From positions 1 to 45,652 of IMG/VR virus record IMGVR_UViG_3300005325_000007: DNA of 45,652 nt. One strand, written 5' to 3'. The notes under the pieces are model-generated. The model was not told the origin of the DNA. It did no database searches and saw only the letters and a program-made list of their open reading frames with translations. Of this stretch, positions 43,859 through 45,652 are shown one piece after another (positions within the stretch are counted from its first letter, which is position 1; each line of letters opens with the position of its first letter). Source of the DNA: a virus. Lineage: Duplodnaviria > Caudoviricetes. Position numbers and translations under genes: made by a program.

Positions 43859-45652
43859 TTGAATCACGATAAACAACTAACAATCTCCGCAGCAGGCAGC
43901 CGAAAAGCCACCTCCTGGCCACCACGGACGCTTATGTGGTCTGAATTCGTTGACCGGCTGAAAACGCCTGTTAGAAGTGCGGAAACCTTACAGCAGTATC
44001 TAAACTATAACAAAGGCATCCAGGATGATCTGAAGGATGTCGGTGGCTTTGTTGGGGGAACCCTGGAAGGTAGTGTCAGGAAGGCCGGTCATGTTATCGG
44101 TCGGGATCTGATCACGCTGGATATGGATAATATCCCCTCTGAAGGTACTACCGGCATTTTACAACGGATTGGGTCCATGGGCTTTGCCTGTGCGGTCTAT
44201 TCGACCCGGAAACATGAAGCAATTAAACCGAGATTACGAATTGTAGCACCCTTATCCCGCACCGCTACCGCTGATGAATATGAGCCGATAGCCAGGAAGC
44301 TTGCTAGTATTTTAGGCATTGAATTCTGTGATCCAACAACCTTCCAGCCGATGCGGTTAATGTACTGGCCGTCGTGTTGCTCTGACAGCCAATATGTGTT
44401 CCACGTATGGGATAATCCACTAATTAACACAGATGGAATGCTGGGAATGTACGCCGATTGGCGAAATATTTCCGAGTGGCCAGTGGTTCCCGGAACGGAT
44501 CAAGCGCATGAACGACTTCTTAAAAAACAGGAAGATCCGACTACTAAAAAGGGTGTTGTGGGCGCTTTCTGTAAGACCTACGACATTTATAAAGCCATTG
44601 AGACGTTCATACCCGGTGAATACGCCGCTTGTGATACTGCTGATAATCGGTTGACTTTTACCGGCGGATCTACAACCGGGGGTGCTGTTGTCTATGAAGA
44701 TGGGCTTTTCTTATACTCCCATCATGCAACGGATCCCTGCAGCGGGAAGTTGGTTAACGCGTTTGACCTGGTGAGGCTGCATAAGTTTGGCGATCAGGAT
44801 GATAACGTCGTGCCAGGAACACCGGCGAATCGTTTACCAAGTTTTACCGCGATGTGTCAATTTGCAGTGGCCGATCAAGCCGTAACCGGTCTGATGAATC
44901 AGGAACGATATGAACAGGCAACCGAGGAATTTTCCAAAGTAAGTATTAATGGAACCGTCGAGGGGCCTAACACCGGTACTGCTACACCAGAACCAGAGAA
45001 CCTGGACTGGATTAACCAAATGGAAGTGGCTCCGACAACAGGCTTACCGACTAAAACAATTGACAACGTGCTGATCATCCTGGAAAATGACCCCCGGCTT
45101 AAAGGCAAACTGGCTTTTGATGAATTCGCAAACCGTGGTTTAGCGATGGGATCCCTCCCCTGGGATGTCCGGGACGAACGCCGGGCATGGAGCGACCCGG
45201 ATGATGCAGGACTACTCCATTATCTGGAACATGTTTATAAGATCCAGTTATCCGATAAGCGGCTTTATGCCGCTATGACAATCTGCTCACAACGGCATAA
45301 ATTTAATGATGTGAAAGACTACCTGACCGGTTTAACTTGGGATGGCGTTAAACGTCTCGATACGATTTTTACCGATTATCTGGGTGCTGAGGACAATATT
45401 TACACCCGCGCAGTGGCCAGAAAGAGTTTGGCCGCCGCCGTGGCCAGAGCTATGATCCCCGGTACCAAATATGATTACATGCCGATACTGGGCGGACCCC
45501 AGGGGATTGGTAAGAGTACCTTTTTAAGGCTATTGGGCCACAAATGGTATTCAGACAGCTTGCAGACCTTTGAAGGCAAAGAAGCCAGTGAAATGATCCA
45601 GGGAGTCTGGATTAATGAGTTGGGTGAATTAACCGGGCTTTCCCGGTCAGAA
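43859..45652 (+). CDS. VirE/VapE-family primase-helicase, 5' part (runs off window end)
   Basis: GGAGG RBS then TTG; MNHDKQLTISAAGSRKA..LKDVGGFVGG..LITLDMD..YSTRKH..PRLR; open to the end and overlaps the sequence at the window start. Confidence 0.9.
   Translation, partial: MNHDKQLTISAAGSRKATSWPPRTLMWSEFVDRLKTPVRSAETLQQYLNYNKGIQDDLKDVGGFVGGTLEGSVRKAGHVIGRDLITLDMDNIPSEGTTGILQRIGSMGFACAVYSTRKHEAIKPRLRIVAPLSRTATADEYEPIARKLASILGIEFCDPTTFQPMRLMYWPSCCSDSQYVFHVWDNPLINTDGMLGMYADWRNISEWPVVPGTDQAHERLLKKQEDPTTKKGVVGAFCKTYDIYKAIETFIPGEYAACDTADNRLTFTGGSTTGGAVVYEDGLFLYSHHATDPCSGKLVNAFDLVRLHKFGDQDDNVVPGTPANRLPSFTAMCQFAVADQAVTGLMNQERYEQATEEFSKVSINGTVEGPNTGTATPEPENLDWINQMEVAPTTGLPTKTIDNVLIILENDPRLKGKLAFDEFANRGLAMGSLPWDVRDERRAWSDPDDAGLLHYLEHVYKIQLSDKRLYAAMTICSQRHKFNDVKDYLTGLTWDGVKRLDTIFTDYLGAEDNIYTRAVARKSLAAAVARAMIPGTKYDYMPILGGPQGIGKSTFLRLLGHKWYSDSLQTFEGKEASEMIQGVWINELGELTGLSRSE
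44599..45652 (+). repeat. Terminal direct repeat copy 2 (diverged allele of 1-1048)
   Basis: Direct alignment by eye. Confidence 0.95.

Noticed and set aside
44599-45652. True virion direct terminal repeat
   Set aside because: The copies are not identical and fall mid-gene, far from the terminase region.

Overview
The window is essentially one genome-length (~44.6 kb unit) temperate myovirus of a Bacillota (Firmicutes) host. A clostridial or Eubacteriaceae-type host is inferred from ChW repeats in the lysin and a clostridial type I-B-like CRISPR repeat. It opens and closes inside the VirE-like primase/helicase gene; the two ~1.05 kb end copies are diverged alleles, not identical. Gene order: end of replication module, iteron-rich putative origin, late activator, terminases, SPP1-type portal and head, PBSX/Xkd-like contractile tail, lysis, accessory island, attP-like site (3' half of tRNA-Gly), tyrosine integrase, ImmA/CI/Cro switch, early genes, then Cas4-like nuclease, SSB, PolA, adenine MTase and VirE. 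The most notable element lies in the accessory island (29.4-30.35 kb). It is a cas-less type I-B-like CRISPR mini-array with its own promoter and terminator and two paralogous spacers, nested antisense between an unknown 120-aa gene and an HTH gene that share a promoter carrying a perfect palindromic operator. This resembles an acr-aca operon combined with crRNA-like RNAs. All calls come from reading the sequence and recalled family motifs; no database searches were run.
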